Assembly: GCA_028284775.1 (NCBI GenBank)
Contig: JANQRB010000031.1
Span: forward strand, 3,360 to 67,359
Length of the DNA: 64,000 bases
Reading direction: 5' to 3'
From: Candidatus Kapaibacterium sp.
Lineage (GTDB): Bacteria > Bacteroidota > Ignavibacteria > Kapaibacteriales > UBA7675
The translations under genes were made by a program, and so were the position numbers. The notes beneath the pieces were generated by a model that worked only from the letters and a program-made list of their open reading frames with translations, did not search any database and was not told where the DNA came from. Positions within the stretch are counted from its first letter, which is position 1. Each line of letters begins with the position of its first letter. Of this stretch, positions 39,012 through 49,783 are shown in pieces.

Positions 39012-39425
39012 TCAGGACCACAAAGTCAGTATCAAAGTCATGAGCAGAAAGCCTGTCAATGAATAGCTCACATAAATCAGATAAAGCGCCTTGGGGCGGT
39101 CTTCATAGAAGTATGGCGCGGCGTTGCTTGCGGCGACGAAGCCCAGCCAGAGCATCAAACTCGTCGCCAGACCGGATGCCAAGGTCTCAGTAAACGTCAG
39201 AATGGAAGCAAGCGTAAACGAGGCCAGCAGACAGCTGGCAAAACTGACGGCAAAAGCCGGACCCGCACCGCCTTGCTCTTTGATTTCCGCTTCCGACTTA
39301 TCGATGACGCGCAGCCAGAGTCGCCCGAATAATAGCGGTGAATACCACAGGCCGCCCAGGATGAAATAACTGACGCCGGCCACCAACACAGCCAGCAGAT
39401 TGACACCACTCCCAAAACTCGCCAC
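39012..39425 (-). CDS. DUF1761 family membrane protein
   Basis: AVLVAGVSYFILGGLWYSPLLFGRLW; GTG start with GGAGG RBS. Confidence 0.88.
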   Translation of the reverse strand: MASFGSGVNLLAVLVAGVSYFILGGLWYSPLLFGRLWLRVIDKSEAEIKEQGGAGPAFAVSFASCLLASFTLASILTFTETLASGLATSLMLWLGFVAASNAAPYFYEDRPKALYLIYVSYSLTGFLLMTLILTLWS

Positions 39426-39628
39426 AGCGACCTCCTTCCCAATCGTTTCTGAAAAGAGTGCAAGTTCGCGAATTCGGCGGAGCGGGTATTGTACGAATTA
39501 GACAGTGAGCGCGGCGAGTGCAATAAGGACAAGATGATACCGGTTGGCCCGAACACAGGCAGGCTCGACACTTGATTATGTCGGAACACGGAGCGTTACC
39601 GGCCGATGACTTAGTGCAGCCTGAGCTC

Positions 39629-40777
39629 TCACAATTGCTCAATTCCATTGGAAGCGACATCGCAGTGACGATGCTCAGGCTGAGTCTCCGTCGCCGCCTC
39701 CATCATTTCAATCATTGCGGTAAAGACAGCAGTTATGCGAATGACTCTGTCCATCATGAACTTGAATAAGGGTTTCAGTACGACCCGCGGCAGAGGAATC
39801 TTGCAGCTCATCAGCAGGGCATTGAATTCGATCTCTGTGCCGCATTCCTTGGCCTTTAATGCTAAAGTGACGTTCATTTGCAACAGCGAATTCGTCGACT
39901 CGACCGTATAATAGTCGAAGGGTTTCCAGTCGAGGATGAGTTCTTTCACAACGTCATTGCCATGGTCGCAATGAGTGCGCGCCCCGATGCCATTGCGACC
40001 TTCGGGCCTGAAAACATTGGTCACGATTGCTTGCTGCCACTTTGCGCGCTTGACCGGATCGTTGAGCCATTCCCAGACTATCGGCGGGCTCGCTTTGGTT
40101 GACATAGTAAAAGAATAGTCGGCATCCTCGGGCTTGATGGCATAACTACGACGGCGCAAATGCTCCTCATAAAATTCGCCCAGATCGTAGCTGTAGGTTC
40201 GCACGGTTCCCAGATGCTCATAACGTTCCTCGCCGCCATGCATTTCGATCGAATCAGTCCCAAGCGAGTCATAGGCCGGTCCGGAGAGAAGCACGTACGC
40301 GCTCCAGCCTGTCTCTTCGCCAACGTTGTTTTTTGTCAAACGGTGCAGCAAATTGATGTCCGTGCCGAAGAGTTTGCTGATGCCCGCCACTTTTTGTACC
40401 ACCGATTCACCACGATGAAGGATAAATTTCAGATCGACCGAAGGTATTGCGCGGCAGGCATCGCAATCGCAAGTCGTACGGCGGCGCATCATGTCCACTC
40501 TCCCGCGAAAGTGCAGATAGGTAGCCTCGATGAGTTCCAGCAGCGTCTCAGCGCGCGGGACCTGCGCCGTGGGAACGTGCATATACACCGCATCGCCTTC
40601 AACTTCGACAAGCGACAACAGGTCGCCAAGACGCTTTACAAGGAGCTCGAGCAGTTCGGTAATAATCTCGTTGGCGTGTTCCAGCTCCGTATTGGCCATA
40701 TAGGATGTGAAGCCCGTAATGTCGGCGATCAGCAGGTAACTTTCCTGGGTTTCGCGGCGGCTGAATTGTGTGGTCAT
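39629..40777 (-). CDS. DUF2652 (cyclase-like) + SRPBCC domain protein
   Basis: LLIADITGFTSY...EVEGDAV...LKFILHRGE; C-terminal ASPPIVWEWLNDP...HCDHG...WKPFDYYT. Confidence 0.88.
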   Translation of the reverse strand: MTTQFSRRETQESYLLIADITGFTSYMANTELEHANEIITELLELLVKRLGDLLSLVEVEGDAVYMHVPTAQVPRAETLLELIEATYLHFRGRVDMMRRRTTCDCDACRAIPSVDLKFILHRGESVVQKVAGISKLFGTDINLLHRLTKNNVGEETGWSAYVLLSGPAYDSLGTDSIEMHGGEERYEHLGTVRTYSYDLGEFYEEHLRRRSYAIKPEDADYSFTMSTKASPPIVWEWLNDPVKRAKWQQAIVTNVFRPEGRNGIGARTHCDHGNDVVKELILDWKPFDYYTVESTNSLLQMNVTLALKAKECGTEIEFNALLMSCKIPLPRVVLKPLFKFMMDRVIRITAVFTAMIEMMEAATETQPEHRHCDVASNGIEQL

Positions 40778-41060
40778 ATTACTATTCTCCCTTGCTTGCC
40801 TGTTGGGGATCGTCTCTGCGCTGCAATCATAAACCCTTCGGCGAATAACCGTCAATATACCGGCAATACAGCAAAATGTTCCATATTAATTGCATCATTT
40901 TCCCTCAAACAGTCAACGCGGCAGCTGGTCTGATCGGATGTAGGGCAGATGTTCAGCGCTGCGAGATCCAGGCTAGCAATATTTCAAATAAGTTATTAAT
41001 ATTTTTCCCTCTCCTTAACATAAAGACAAGTTAGGAGATTTTGTGAATTCTAAGCAATTC

Positions 41061-41093
41061 GAACTCCTCTAGCCCCGCTTTCGCAAAGAGGGG
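41061..41093. repeat. Partial, inverted copy of the palindromic element (left half)
   Basis: aactcctctagccccgctttcgcaaagagggg resembles the reverse complement of 56001-56021 and 31434-31464; hairpin ccccgcttt/aaagagggg. Confidence 0.55.
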
Positions 41094-41394
41094 AATTTTA
41101 AATACTAATTTGAAATAGCACTAAGTCCTCGGCAGGAGTTTGATTTTTATGGTGCCCTGCCAGCCACGGCCCGCGTCAAGTCTCTTGAGCCGATAGCGGT
41201 GTGGAATGCAAAAGTCAACGACAATGGACACGAAGCAGGTGCAAGAGGAATCCTTCGCGCTCGATAGCGAGGTGTACATCCACGGCCCACCCAAAGGAAT
41301 ACGTATTGTTTTTTTGTCGCCCACACACGGTATCACACACAGTCCGAAGCAGCCGTGTTGATGGAACGAAGCTATTACTACCGGATTGCGACGT

Positions 41395-42015
41395 TCAGCC
41401 TACACCCGGCCCGAGCAGCGTAGCATCCCCACCACCCACAACAGAAGCTGTACTTTCGATGGCATCGATAAAACTGGACAATCGTCGGGCAGAAACCGCG
41501 AGTACTACGCCATTACTCATCCTTACCGTCCCCACGCGTTTATAGACATAGCTTTCGACGTGCAGGGTGTTGATGATATGTGACTTGTGGATACGACAGA
41601 AATATCGTTTATTCAGCTCCCGGTCGAATTCACGCAAGGTACCAGTCACAATAACTTTCTCATTACCCGCAAGAACAAGTGACGTGTAATTTCCTTCCGA
41701 CAGCAGATAGAGGATATCAGCTGCTCGTGCAACATGCAGTCCGCGCGGACAACGAAAGATAAAGCGTTCCTGGCCAGCGAGCAGATCAATAGTTTTCTCG
41801 CTCGGATCTACCATCGTTTGATGAAGATGTTGCTGACATGCAAGCATCGCAGCCATAAGGGGCATTGGGTCACAGCCGGCCGCGTCTCGATCACTTGCCG
41901 GCCAGTTAATTTGAGGAGTCCCCCTTTGGATAATCACCGCTAACTTCGCGATCTCCATGACGTATTTCTCTGCCGCCTGCCAATGATTCGGATTTGATTC
42001 CAGGAGATTATTCAT
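41395..42015 (-). CDS. LytTR DNA-binding domain protein (no receiver domain)
   Basis: ILYLLSEGNYT...TLREFDREL...FCRIHKSHIIN...LAVSARR. Confidence 0.88.
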   Translation of the reverse strand: MNNLLESNPNHWQAAEKYVMEIAKLAVIIQRGTPQINWPASDRDAAGCDPMPLMAAMLACQQHLHQTMVDPSEKTIDLLAGQERFIFRCPRGLHVARAADILYLLSEGNYTSLVLAGNEKVIVTGTLREFDRELNKRYFCRIHKSHIINTLHVESYVYKRVGTVRMSNGVVLAVSARRLSSFIDAIESTASVVGGGDATLLGPGVG

Positions 42016-42656
42016 ATTGTCTCATCAACCGGATTACGCCATCGTCTTAGAAAAAAGCGCTATGACCTCCACCAATTTGCGCGCTTGTCAATGGCTGAAT
42101 ATTCAAATGTGGGCAGCCGGAATTCGGCACAATCTATCTCAGCAGATCAGGCACCATCAAACCAACCCATTCTTCACAATGTGGAAATGGTAAGGGTAAT
42201 CGGCCGCGCTAAACGAACTGTGCTTAATCACAAGTCGATTCGAGACCATGAATTTCCTGCAAGTACTTCAATTCGCTTAGCTCTATCAACATACATCGGG
42301 ATAGATTAATCTCGACTACGACAAAATTACTTCACTTGCACGCTTTGAAAGGTAGAGTGACTAGGGATCCCGAATTGCTCGTATGATTCGACAAGGCCGA
42401 TTTGCCGAAGGAGAAGGCGTCTGGCGAGACTAAAAATATTAGTGGAATTTGTGTGAGTAGAACCGTATCGCTCCGGCAGTTCTCTCGCCAATCTTCACGG
42501 CAAGGGATCAGGCAGCAGCAGCCCACAAAACCGAAGCCTTGTTCCCGCCGGCAGAACAGAACACCGACACCCAGGCTCGCTGCAAGGCGAAACGCTGGGC
42601 GTCGAGTTAACAATATTGCTTCTCAATTCATCCAAGTGGCCATATCTCGGCGTCAA

Positions 42657-44951
42657 TCAGTGCTTCACGACAATCTTTTTTGTTATGGCAAAGTCATTCG
42701 AATGTAGTGCGAGTACGTATATTCCCGACGGCAGGCCGTTAACATTAAACGATAGTCGATGGCTGCCCGGGCGATAGTCCCCGGCATTTTCAATTACTTG
42801 CAGGCGCCTGCCAAGCATGTCGCGGAGCTCGAGCGTCAATTGACGTTCCTGGTGTAGCCTGATCAATATTGTTCCTTCATCCGACAGAGGATTCGGACTG
42901 ACAAAAAGCTGTGGGGGTCGCAGATCATACGCAGTGTTGCTCTGCGTCGTAAACTCCTCCTGCGCCTGTTTACCACCAATGCCGCATCCCGGGGCGGGAG
43001 GCGGATCGCTATAGACAACTCGCGGAACCGGCACCTCGACAGATGGAGAACTGTTAAACTCCTTAAACAAGATGCCTTCGCCTTCACAGGGTGGATTGCC
43101 GATGTAAGCGCGCACGAAAGAAAGCGGATCCAGCGGAGCGCGCGGCTCGATGTGCGTACAGGCCTTAAAGACGATTTCCTTACCCGCGCGGATCGTGGCG
43201 CCAAGCGGTGTCGGCCCGGGCGGCACATCATTGAGCGGATTGGAAAACCGGGTAATGCCATCGAAAATCAGTTGATGCATGGCATTGACGCGATAGTGAA
43301 TCGTCAAGCTGACGGGGTCATAACTGATAAAATCTTCTTCATAGTTTTCATCTCGGAAATGGCGATCGACCAGATAGATCGGCGATCGGATGCCCTCGAT
43401 TGATTCCTTGTCCGTATTGTTTGGATCAAGGTGATCTTTCAGTCGTTCTTCCGCTGTCGAACCGCTGTTCCAGGAGACGGAAAATCGCCCGGCGCCGGCG
43501 CCGTTTTTCGTTTCGTCATCCCCGAAACACTCACTAGCGGACTTTCTCGAAAGCTGTCCGACCAGGAGATGATCCTGATTCAAGATGGGAGCGCCGGACG
43601 ATCCACCTTCAATCGTTCCTTCATCTGTATCCCAAAGCAGCAACCAGTAGTCGTTTTTTTTCAGTGGAACGGGACTGCCCTCGCAGGATGCACATCTATG
43701 GGCAAGACCGGGAGTTGTCAGTTGATCGAAATCGCGGCTGATCTTCATGATATCTCCCGCCGGATGATGAATACATACAGCCGATGTCGGCTGGCTGAGC
43801 GTTCGCGTCCAACCAAGAAAATACAGATCGTAGTCCCAGACACGGTCGCGGTCGAATTCGCCGCCCTCCGATACTTCGCGAATCTTCAGCAGTGCGAAGT
43901 CGCTCGTTTTGTTCGCCGCAACAAGATCAGCGCCGCTGAAGCTTTCCAGCTCGCTCACAGCTTCACTAAAGATACCGTTGTCTTTACAATCATCGCTCGG
44001 GAAACTCCAATAGTGAAAATCGAATATAAAGTCGGCCGGCGCGGCTTTTTCCGCGTTGTCTAATTCACAATCTACTATGCTCTGACAGGCATCGGCCGTC
44101 GTCTGCGGATTCGATGCATTTAAGCAATGCCAGGCTGTCAGAACATAAGGTGTGAAGTCATTTTCGGTATTGTTTACCAGGCTACCGCTGCAAAATATGA
44201 TATCGCCATCCGGTTGAACAAGTGTTATCACACAGACGGAACGCGCTTCCAGACACCACTCGCTTCCTTTCGGACAATTGATATTATTATGGCATGGGAA
44301 AGAGCCATCGAATCGACCTGCATCTACGAGAAGCCGATCCCCTTTGTCTGCATCTGAGTTTTTGGCAACTGCAGGTCGGGTAGTGCTACTCAGTCCGCGG
44401 TACACACGCGACAGAACAAGCTTTCCCGGAAAGGCAGATTGTGCCGGCTCAAAGTATTCGAGCGTGACAGCATCGCCTTGAACAGGCGAAACCGCAAAGC
44501 TGCCGTCGGGCCTGTTATTGAATGAAGTATATGCACCCTTAACCGTCCGATGGTTTTCGTTGTAAAAATAGAGGCGAGCGCCTTCGGGCAGCTCAAATTG
44601 CCGGCAATAAAATCCCAGCGATGTTGCTCCGGGGCACAAAAAACGCAAGCGCCAAATTTTGTCACCATTGCCCAGTACAATAGGTGAAGTCTGGCCTCGC
44701 ACATCAATCGCGACTGGTGTGCCGACTGCGGCCGGAAGTCCTGCCGAATGACTGAGGCCCCGCTCAGCATACAGTTTGTCAAGGTCGACGTGTTCCACAA
44801 CAATCGTGGGAGCCGTCTTCGGGTTCGCTGTTCCGACGAAGTCCGGAAGCGTGAAGCTGGGTGGCCTACTGCCGTCGGCCGCCTGTCCGAAGCAGTTCAA
44901 GGCAATCAGCAGGTTCAGCAGCAGCGCTGTACAAACCGCTCTCTTATTCAT
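42657..44951 (-). CDS. Secreted trypsin-like (lysyl endopeptidase/S1-type) serine protease with T9SS-type C-terminal sorting domain
   Basis: CSGSLVNN...LTAWHC (His), SDFALL (Asp), GGSSGAP (Ser); C-terminal SPNP...LRDMLGR...SGIYVL...KKIVV. Confidence 0.9.
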   Translation of the reverse strand: MNKRAVCTALLLNLLIALNCFGQAADGSRPPSFTLPDFVGTANPKTAPTIVVEHVDLDKLYAERGLSHSAGLPAAVGTPVAIDVRGQTSPIVLGNGDKIWRLRFLCPGATSLGFYCRQFELPEGARLYFYNENHRTVKGAYTSFNNRPDGSFAVSPVQGDAVTLEYFEPAQSAFPGKLVLSRVYRGLSSTTRPAVAKNSDADKGDRLLVDAGRFDGSFPCHNNINCPKGSEWCLEARSVCVITLVQPDGDIIFCSGSLVNNTENDFTPYVLTAWHCLNASNPQTTADACQSIVDCELDNAEKAAPADFIFDFHYWSFPSDDCKDNGIFSEAVSELESFSGADLVAANKTSDFALLKIREVSEGGEFDRDRVWDYDLYFLGWTRTLSQPTSAVCIHHPAGDIMKISRDFDQLTTPGLAHRCASCEGSPVPLKKNDYWLLLWDTDEGTIEGGSSGAPILNQDHLLVGQLSRKSASECFGDDETKNGAGAGRFSVSWNSGSTAEERLKDHLDPNNTDKESIEGIRSPIYLVDRHFRDENYEEDFISYDPVSLTIHYRVNAMHQLIFDGITRFSNPLNDVPPGPTPLGATIRAGKEIVFKACTHIEPRAPLDPLSFVRAYIGNPPCEGEGILFKEFNSSPSVEVPVPRVVYSDPPPAPGCGIGGKQAQEEFTTQSNTAYDLRPPQLFVSPNPLSDEGTILIRLHQERQLTLELRDMLGRRLQVIENAGDYRPGSHRLSFNVNGLPSGIYVLALHSNDFAITKKIVVKH

Positions 44952-44988
44952 AATTTCTCCTGTTTACTCTGCTATGTGATTGCGGTGT

Positions 44989-45894
44989 TTAATTATTGAT
45001 TGTGTCAATCAGTGTCCGTAATTCTACGTTTTCCTTTTTGAGCGCGATCATGTACAATGTTAATTCTTCGATTTTCCGGAGCATGGCCATCTGCATCGTC
45101 GTGAACTCAACGCCATGTGTCTGCACCTCGGCGGCAGAAGGAATGCCGGGCAGGTGCTTGTGTTCTTTAATACTGCGTTCCAGCTCTTCCAGCGTCATGA
45201 GTTCATAGTCACTGCTGAATACAAAGTCCGGCCAATTGCCCCAGTCGGACTCGGTAATGACGAGTTCCCTGGCAACAATTTTACCGTCAACCGTTAAGTG
45301 AGCGTCGGGGTGGGCGCCGTTGGCATCCATTCCCATTGCGCCGATGCGTACGCGTGAGTCCGTGCCGTTTACATTGATATGCACCAACTCCTCCGGGTCC
45401 GCCGTAGCGATGCCGACCCGCCCACGATGATCAATACGCATCCGTTCAACATCACGACTTCGCTGATTGTCGTAGGTAGCAAAACGGAGTTTGCCTTCAT
45501 CGGTTTTCGCGACCAACACGACATCCTGCGCGCAGATGCCGCCATCGCCTAAGAAGTCGTTGGTGCCGATGACAAGGTCGCCTTTGTTGGCAATACTGGA
45601 GAATCCCCCGGTGCTGTGTGCAAGCGCAATACGCGCCGTGGCAAGGCATTCATCTTCAGGATGGCCAAAGTCGACAACCGCCGAATAGCGTGTTACCGCA
45701 AAAGGCCATTGACCGGGATAATGAATGTGTAAAGCATCGTCGGGTGCACTGGTCCCGATACCGACGGTTCCTCCGAACCAGAGATTGTTGCCGCTACCCG
45801 GTAACCATGCCGGCTGAGCATAGGCATGGTGGTGACACATGCCAAAAATCGTCGCCATCAGAAATATACATTTGACTACAGCAGAAGCTTTCAT
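44989..45894 (-). CDS. Secreted tail-fibre-like protein with C-terminal S74/ICA-like chaperone coiled coil
   Basis: VGIGTSAP repeats; LTVDGKIVARE...WPDFVFSSDY...HKHLPGIPSA...LRKIEELTLY. Confidence 0.8.
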   Translation of the reverse strand: MKASAVVKCIFLMATIFGMCHHHAYAQPAWLPGSGNNLWFGGTVGIGTSAPDDALHIHYPGQWPFAVTRYSAVVDFGHPEDECLATARIALAHSTGGFSSIANKGDLVIGTNDFLGDGGICAQDVVLVAKTDEGKLRFATYDNQRSRDVERMRIDHRGRVGIATADPEELVHINVNGTDSRVRIGAMGMDANGAHPDAHLTVDGKIVARELVITESDWGNWPDFVFSSDYELMTLEELERSIKEHKHLPGIPSAAEVQTHGVEFTTMQMAMLRKIEELTLYMIALKKENVELRTLIDTINN

Positions 45895-46286
45895 GATTGC
45901 ACCTTGTTTAATTGAATACAGACATTAGAATGTGAAGACTAAGGCTAGCAAAGGAGCCTGCCTCAGCGACACGATCGGCAAGCAACTATGCAAATCGATG
46001 GCCTGGAAAAAAGGGCGAAGGGATAATCGTGTCGAGTTTCGGCCTTAAGTCGAGCCAGCCGGTGATGAACGTGTTCGATGATCGACGATAGCTGGACTTA
46101 AATGGAGAATGACAAGCACAATTCACCTACAGCAACTGTGTAGATAACATTGAGACGAGCGTGAAAATCTGGCAGGGTGCCGGTTCGGTTGTCGCCGGCA
46201 GCTTTCACATGCATGAAGGCCGTGAATGTCGCATTTTCCCTATAAGAAATGACGCTCCCGACGAGCGGCGACGCATAGCTCAATCG

Positions 46287-47396
46287 CTAAATCGCGCGCA
46301 GGACGTCAAGGACCTTGTCAATTTCTTGTGACGTTGAAAATGGTCCGACACTAAGGCGGAGGGTGCCCTCGGCGCTGGTTCCAATTGTATCGTGGGCCAT
46401 GGGCGCGCAATGAAATCCCGCTCGCGTGATGATCTGGTGTCGCTCCCGCAGCTCCTTTTCAAGCGCCGATGGGGATTGGCCGTCCTTGCTTATCGAGACC
46501 GCTCCACTGCGACGCCGGGGATCCGGGCCGCCAAAAACTTTAATGCCGGGTATGTCGCTCAGTCCTGCGAGCAATTGCTGTGTCAGACGCCGGGTATGGT
46601 CGAGCAGCTTCGTCTGCCCCTGCTCACGCAGCCATCCGATGCCGGCCGCGAGTCCCGCTACCGCCGCCAGGTTTACCGAACCGGCATCGCAGTAGGAAGG
46701 AAGCGCGCAGCGTAGCGGACTCGTCCCGGCGGCCGATGGTATGTCGCAGACGGCCCCGGGCGACGCCAGGGATACCCGCGGCCCGAGATAAAGACCGCCC
46801 ACTCCCTGCGGACCAAGCGTTCCCTTGTGTCCGGCAAAGACAAAAATGTCGGCATCCAGTTCATCCAGATCGATAGGCAGCAGACCGGCCGTCTGTGCAC
46901 CGTCGAGCAGACAGAATGCGTCGTAGCTGTGCGCCAGCTCCACGAGTTCACGCGAGGGCAGCAAGTCACCGCTGACATTGCTGGCCATCGTGCAGGCCAG
47001 CAGACGCACGCCGCCTTTTTGCAGCTCGCGTTCAAGGATTGCCAGGTCGATTGGATGTACTCCCTGGGGTGGAATACGCGTATAGTCGACGCCACGCTCC
47101 TGCGACAATTTGACCAGCCAGCGCGCAAGGGCATGGTGCTCATGGCTGCTCGTAACAATACGGTCGCCAGGCTGCCAGGGAAAGTCACTCATCGCCAGTG
47201 TCAGGGCCGAGGTGCAGCCGCCGGTGAACAAAAAACGCTCCGGGTGCCCAATGCCAAAAAACGACGTCACCGACGTGTGAGCATCTTCGAGGACCTGAGG
47301 CCAGGCATCGGGCGCAGAAAGGCTGCAGGCGCTCATAGCCTCCTGGACAGCCTGGGGCTTGGGCCAGCTTGTACCGGCATTGTTGAGATAGATCAT
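46287..47396 (-). CDS. Aminotransferase class V / cysteine desulfurase-like PLP enzyme
   Basis: MIYLNNAGTSWPKP, LDGAQTAG, FAGHKG (PLP Lys), RAGFHCAP. Confidence 0.92.
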   Translation of the reverse strand: MIYLNNAGTSWPKPQAVQEAMSACSLSAPDAWPQVLEDAHTSVTSFFGIGHPERFLFTGGCTSALTLAMSDFPWQPGDRIVTSSHEHHALARWLVKLSQERGVDYTRIPPQGVHPIDLAILERELQKGGVRLLACTMASNVSGDLLPSRELVELAHSYDAFCLLDGAQTAGLLPIDLDELDADIFVFAGHKGTLGPQGVGGLYLGPRVSLASPGAVCDIPSAAGTSPLRCALPSYCDAGSVNLAAVAGLAAGIGWLREQGQTKLLDHTRRLTQQLLAGLSDIPGIKVFGGPDPRRRSGAVSISKDGQSPSALEKELRERHQIITRAGFHCAPMAHDTIGTSAEGTLRLSVGPFSTSQEIDKVLDVLRAI

Positions 47397-47460
47397 TCCG
47401 CTGTCCTGTACGGTGAACTCCCCGATGGCGTGGTTCTCATCATTCTCAGAAAGCCGGAGA

Positions 47461-48000
47461 TCAGGAAAAGTCCGTTTTTTCGAAGATTCCGACCCGCATA
47501 TCCTCGGCAGTGTAGATCAGCTTGCCGTCCACTTCCATTTGTCCATCGGCCAGGCCCATGACCAAACGTCGTTTGATGACTCGTTTGACGTCGATTCGAT
47601 AGCGTACGAGTTTATTCGTCGGCAAAACCTGCCCGGTAAAACGCACCTCCTTGACACCCAACGCGCGTCCAAAACCAAAATGTTCGCTCCATCCGAGAAA
47701 GAAACCGGTCAATTGCCAGAGAGCGTCGAGCCCCAGACATCCTGGCATGACTGCGTCGTCTCTGAAGTGGCAATCAAAGAACCACATATCGGGTGTAATG
47801 TCAAGTTCGGCTTCTACGATACCCTTCTCATATTTTCCGCCGCTGTCGTTAACATTGGTAATACGATTAAACATTAACATGGGTGGCAGCGGCAGCTTGG
47901 ATGACTTCACGCCAAATATTCCATTTGCGCCAATATCCAACAAGCTTTCATAGTCGAAAGAACTGGGCTTCGATTCAATCGGAGTTACGTTGTTTTTCAT
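47461..48000 (-). CDS. fabA: 3-hydroxyacyl-ACP dehydratase/isomerase FabA
   Basis: [48 protein letters not shown]; FabA-type catalytic His and Asp. Confidence 0.93.
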   Translation of the reverse strand: MKNNVTPIESKPSSFDYESLLDIGANGIFGVKSSKLPLPPMLMFNRITNVNDSGGKYEKGIVEAELDITPDMWFFDCHFRDDAVMPGCLGLDALWQLTGFFLGWSEHFGFGRALGVKEVRFTGQVLPTNKLVRYRIDVKRVIKRRLVMGLADGQMEVDGKLIYTAEDMRVGIFEKTDFS

Positions 48001-48382
48001 TAATCCGTATTCTGTGTCAAATGAATGAAAACGCGATTCGTAGGGCAACACAGTGCCATGGGAGCTTAATCACAGCGGCGCATCTACTATACTACCTACG
48101 AATTAGTTAAAGTGATTTCAGCGATTCGTTGGCAGCCGTACTAATTGCAGCGATCCTCAGGAGGCAAACAATGCCTGGACCTGCCTGCTACTTACCGCCG
48201 GTCCAAATTGTTAGCTAACCCGGGGCAGCGACGTCATCCCCGTTGCAACTAAACTGAAATTCCGGAAGAGCCAATCGAGCAAGATCGCGAAGTTACGAAA
48301 TATCATACCGTATCCAATACTGTTCGCTAGTATTTTTTGTCGCGTGTTTGCGCCGGAGTTTGGAATTGCAGCCTGAATCAGC

Positions 48383-48895
48383 TCAGGGATTCCACTGCCA
48401 GATGGGTTGCGAAGCGGAAACGGCCACGAAGATCGTCAGCTTATGCTGGGGCGCCTCCGCATGCCACAGTCGTCGCAGAAGAAGTGCGCTGGCACGATGG
48501 TTGCCATCAAGCAGCAGGAATGGTCCCTGCTGCAGGTCGTTAGCACAGGCGATCAGGGGGCTGCCGGAGACAAAGGAAAAATTGCGTGCAAGTTTGTGGA
48601 TTTTTTCGATCTGTGCTTGATCCTGTCCGTGTATCTCTTCAAGGAATGCAATAGTACGTGCGGAATCCATCACTCGACCGCTTCCGCCGGAAAGCCGGGC
48701 CCAGCTTGGATGATAGATGTGCATGAAATGCTGAATGTCGCTCTCGTTGATCAACCCTCGATACCAGCTATGGTCGGCAGGCAAACTTGAGAGTAGCCGG
48801 CGGACATTCTCATCAAGCGGCGTGATTTGCGTTTCGAGTTCTCGCATCGCCCGGCTCCTGGATAGCGATTCCGGCTCAGTCATAAGGGCGTTCAT
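48383..48895 (-). CDS. Hypothetical protein with ParB/sulfiredoxin-like motif
   Basis: FLLLDGNHRASAL. Confidence 0.6.
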   Translation of the reverse strand: MNALMTEPESLSRSRAMRELETQITPLDENVRRLLSSLPADHSWYRGLINESDIQHFMHIYHPSWARLSGGSGRVMDSARTIAFLEEIHGQDQAQIEKIHKLARNFSFVSGSPLIACANDLQQGPFLLLDGNHRASALLLRRLWHAEAPQHKLTIFVAVSASQPIWQWNP

Positions 48896-49027
48896 TTCGA
48901 ATTGACGACGGGTACATAATACTACGTTTACTCCTTATTGTGGGGTCGACAGGACTCGTCTACACAAAGCGGCTACACTGACGATTCTACAAATGACTCT
49001 CCTTCAAAGCATGAATTCGACAGCAAT

Positions 49028-49783
49028 TTAATGGTGTACCTGATGCCCGTAGATTTTCAATGCTTCATCAACTCCCAACTTTCTGACGCGCAGGCGATTG
49101 CCGCCAATATTTTCGCCGGCAATCGGATCGATATTGTCGACGCTCCATGGCCGATCCTGCAGATCCAGGATGATAACATCGAAGGTGAAGGCGTGCCTGC
49201 TTCGCGCGCGCAGCCAGTGTACGTTGTTGCGCTCATCCGATATGGAAGAATGACTGCCGGGGCTTGCGATTTTTTCAATCGTTGGCTCTATGATCATGTG
49301 CTCGTCGTCTTCTTCAATTTTATCGTAGTGCTTAAGTTCCAGATCGCCTTTGAGCACATAGTGGCAGGACACCATATTTCGGTGTCCGTGCGGAATGATC
49401 GCCCTATCCCGTTGCATGCCAAAAATTTTCTTCAGGAATACCAGGTCATCGGGTAAGCCGGCAAGTCGCGGGAAGCGCACGCCCTTAGTGGCGACGCCCA
49501 GGTCCGGATACTGAAATCTTCGGATCAATTGGTCGAATTCTGTCAGATCGAGCAAATCCTCCAATGCAACACGATTGAAAAGTTTATCGATCTGCGACTG
49601 CCACATTGCCGGAGTGATGCTGCCGTCTCTGAGATCCATACTCATTTCGTTAAGCTCTTTTACCCAATGATCTGTTAAGGGCTGACAGGCGCGTGCAATC
49701 ATCTTTCCACCGACAAGAGTCTCCAGCAGTGCATAGGACGCGATAGCGCCGGCAAACTTCTGTGTGAATGTTCGACGATTCAT
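49028..49783 (-). CDS. Tat-signal cupin (cysteine-dioxygenase-like) protein
   Basis: MNRRTF signal; IIPHGHRNMVSCHYVLKG...NNVHWL. Confidence 0.75.
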   Translation of the reverse strand: MNRRTFTQKFAGAIASYALLETLVGGKMIARACQPLTDHWVKELNEMSMDLRDGSITPAMWQSQIDKLFNRVALEDLLDLTEFDQLIRRFQYPDLGVATKGVRFPRLAGLPDDLVFLKKIFGMQRDRAIIPHGHRNMVSCHYVLKGDLELKHYDKIEEDDEHMIIEPTIEKIASPGSHSSISDERNNVHWLRARSRHAFTFDVIILDLQDRPWSVDNIDPIAGENIGGNRLRVRKLGVDEALKIYGHQVHH

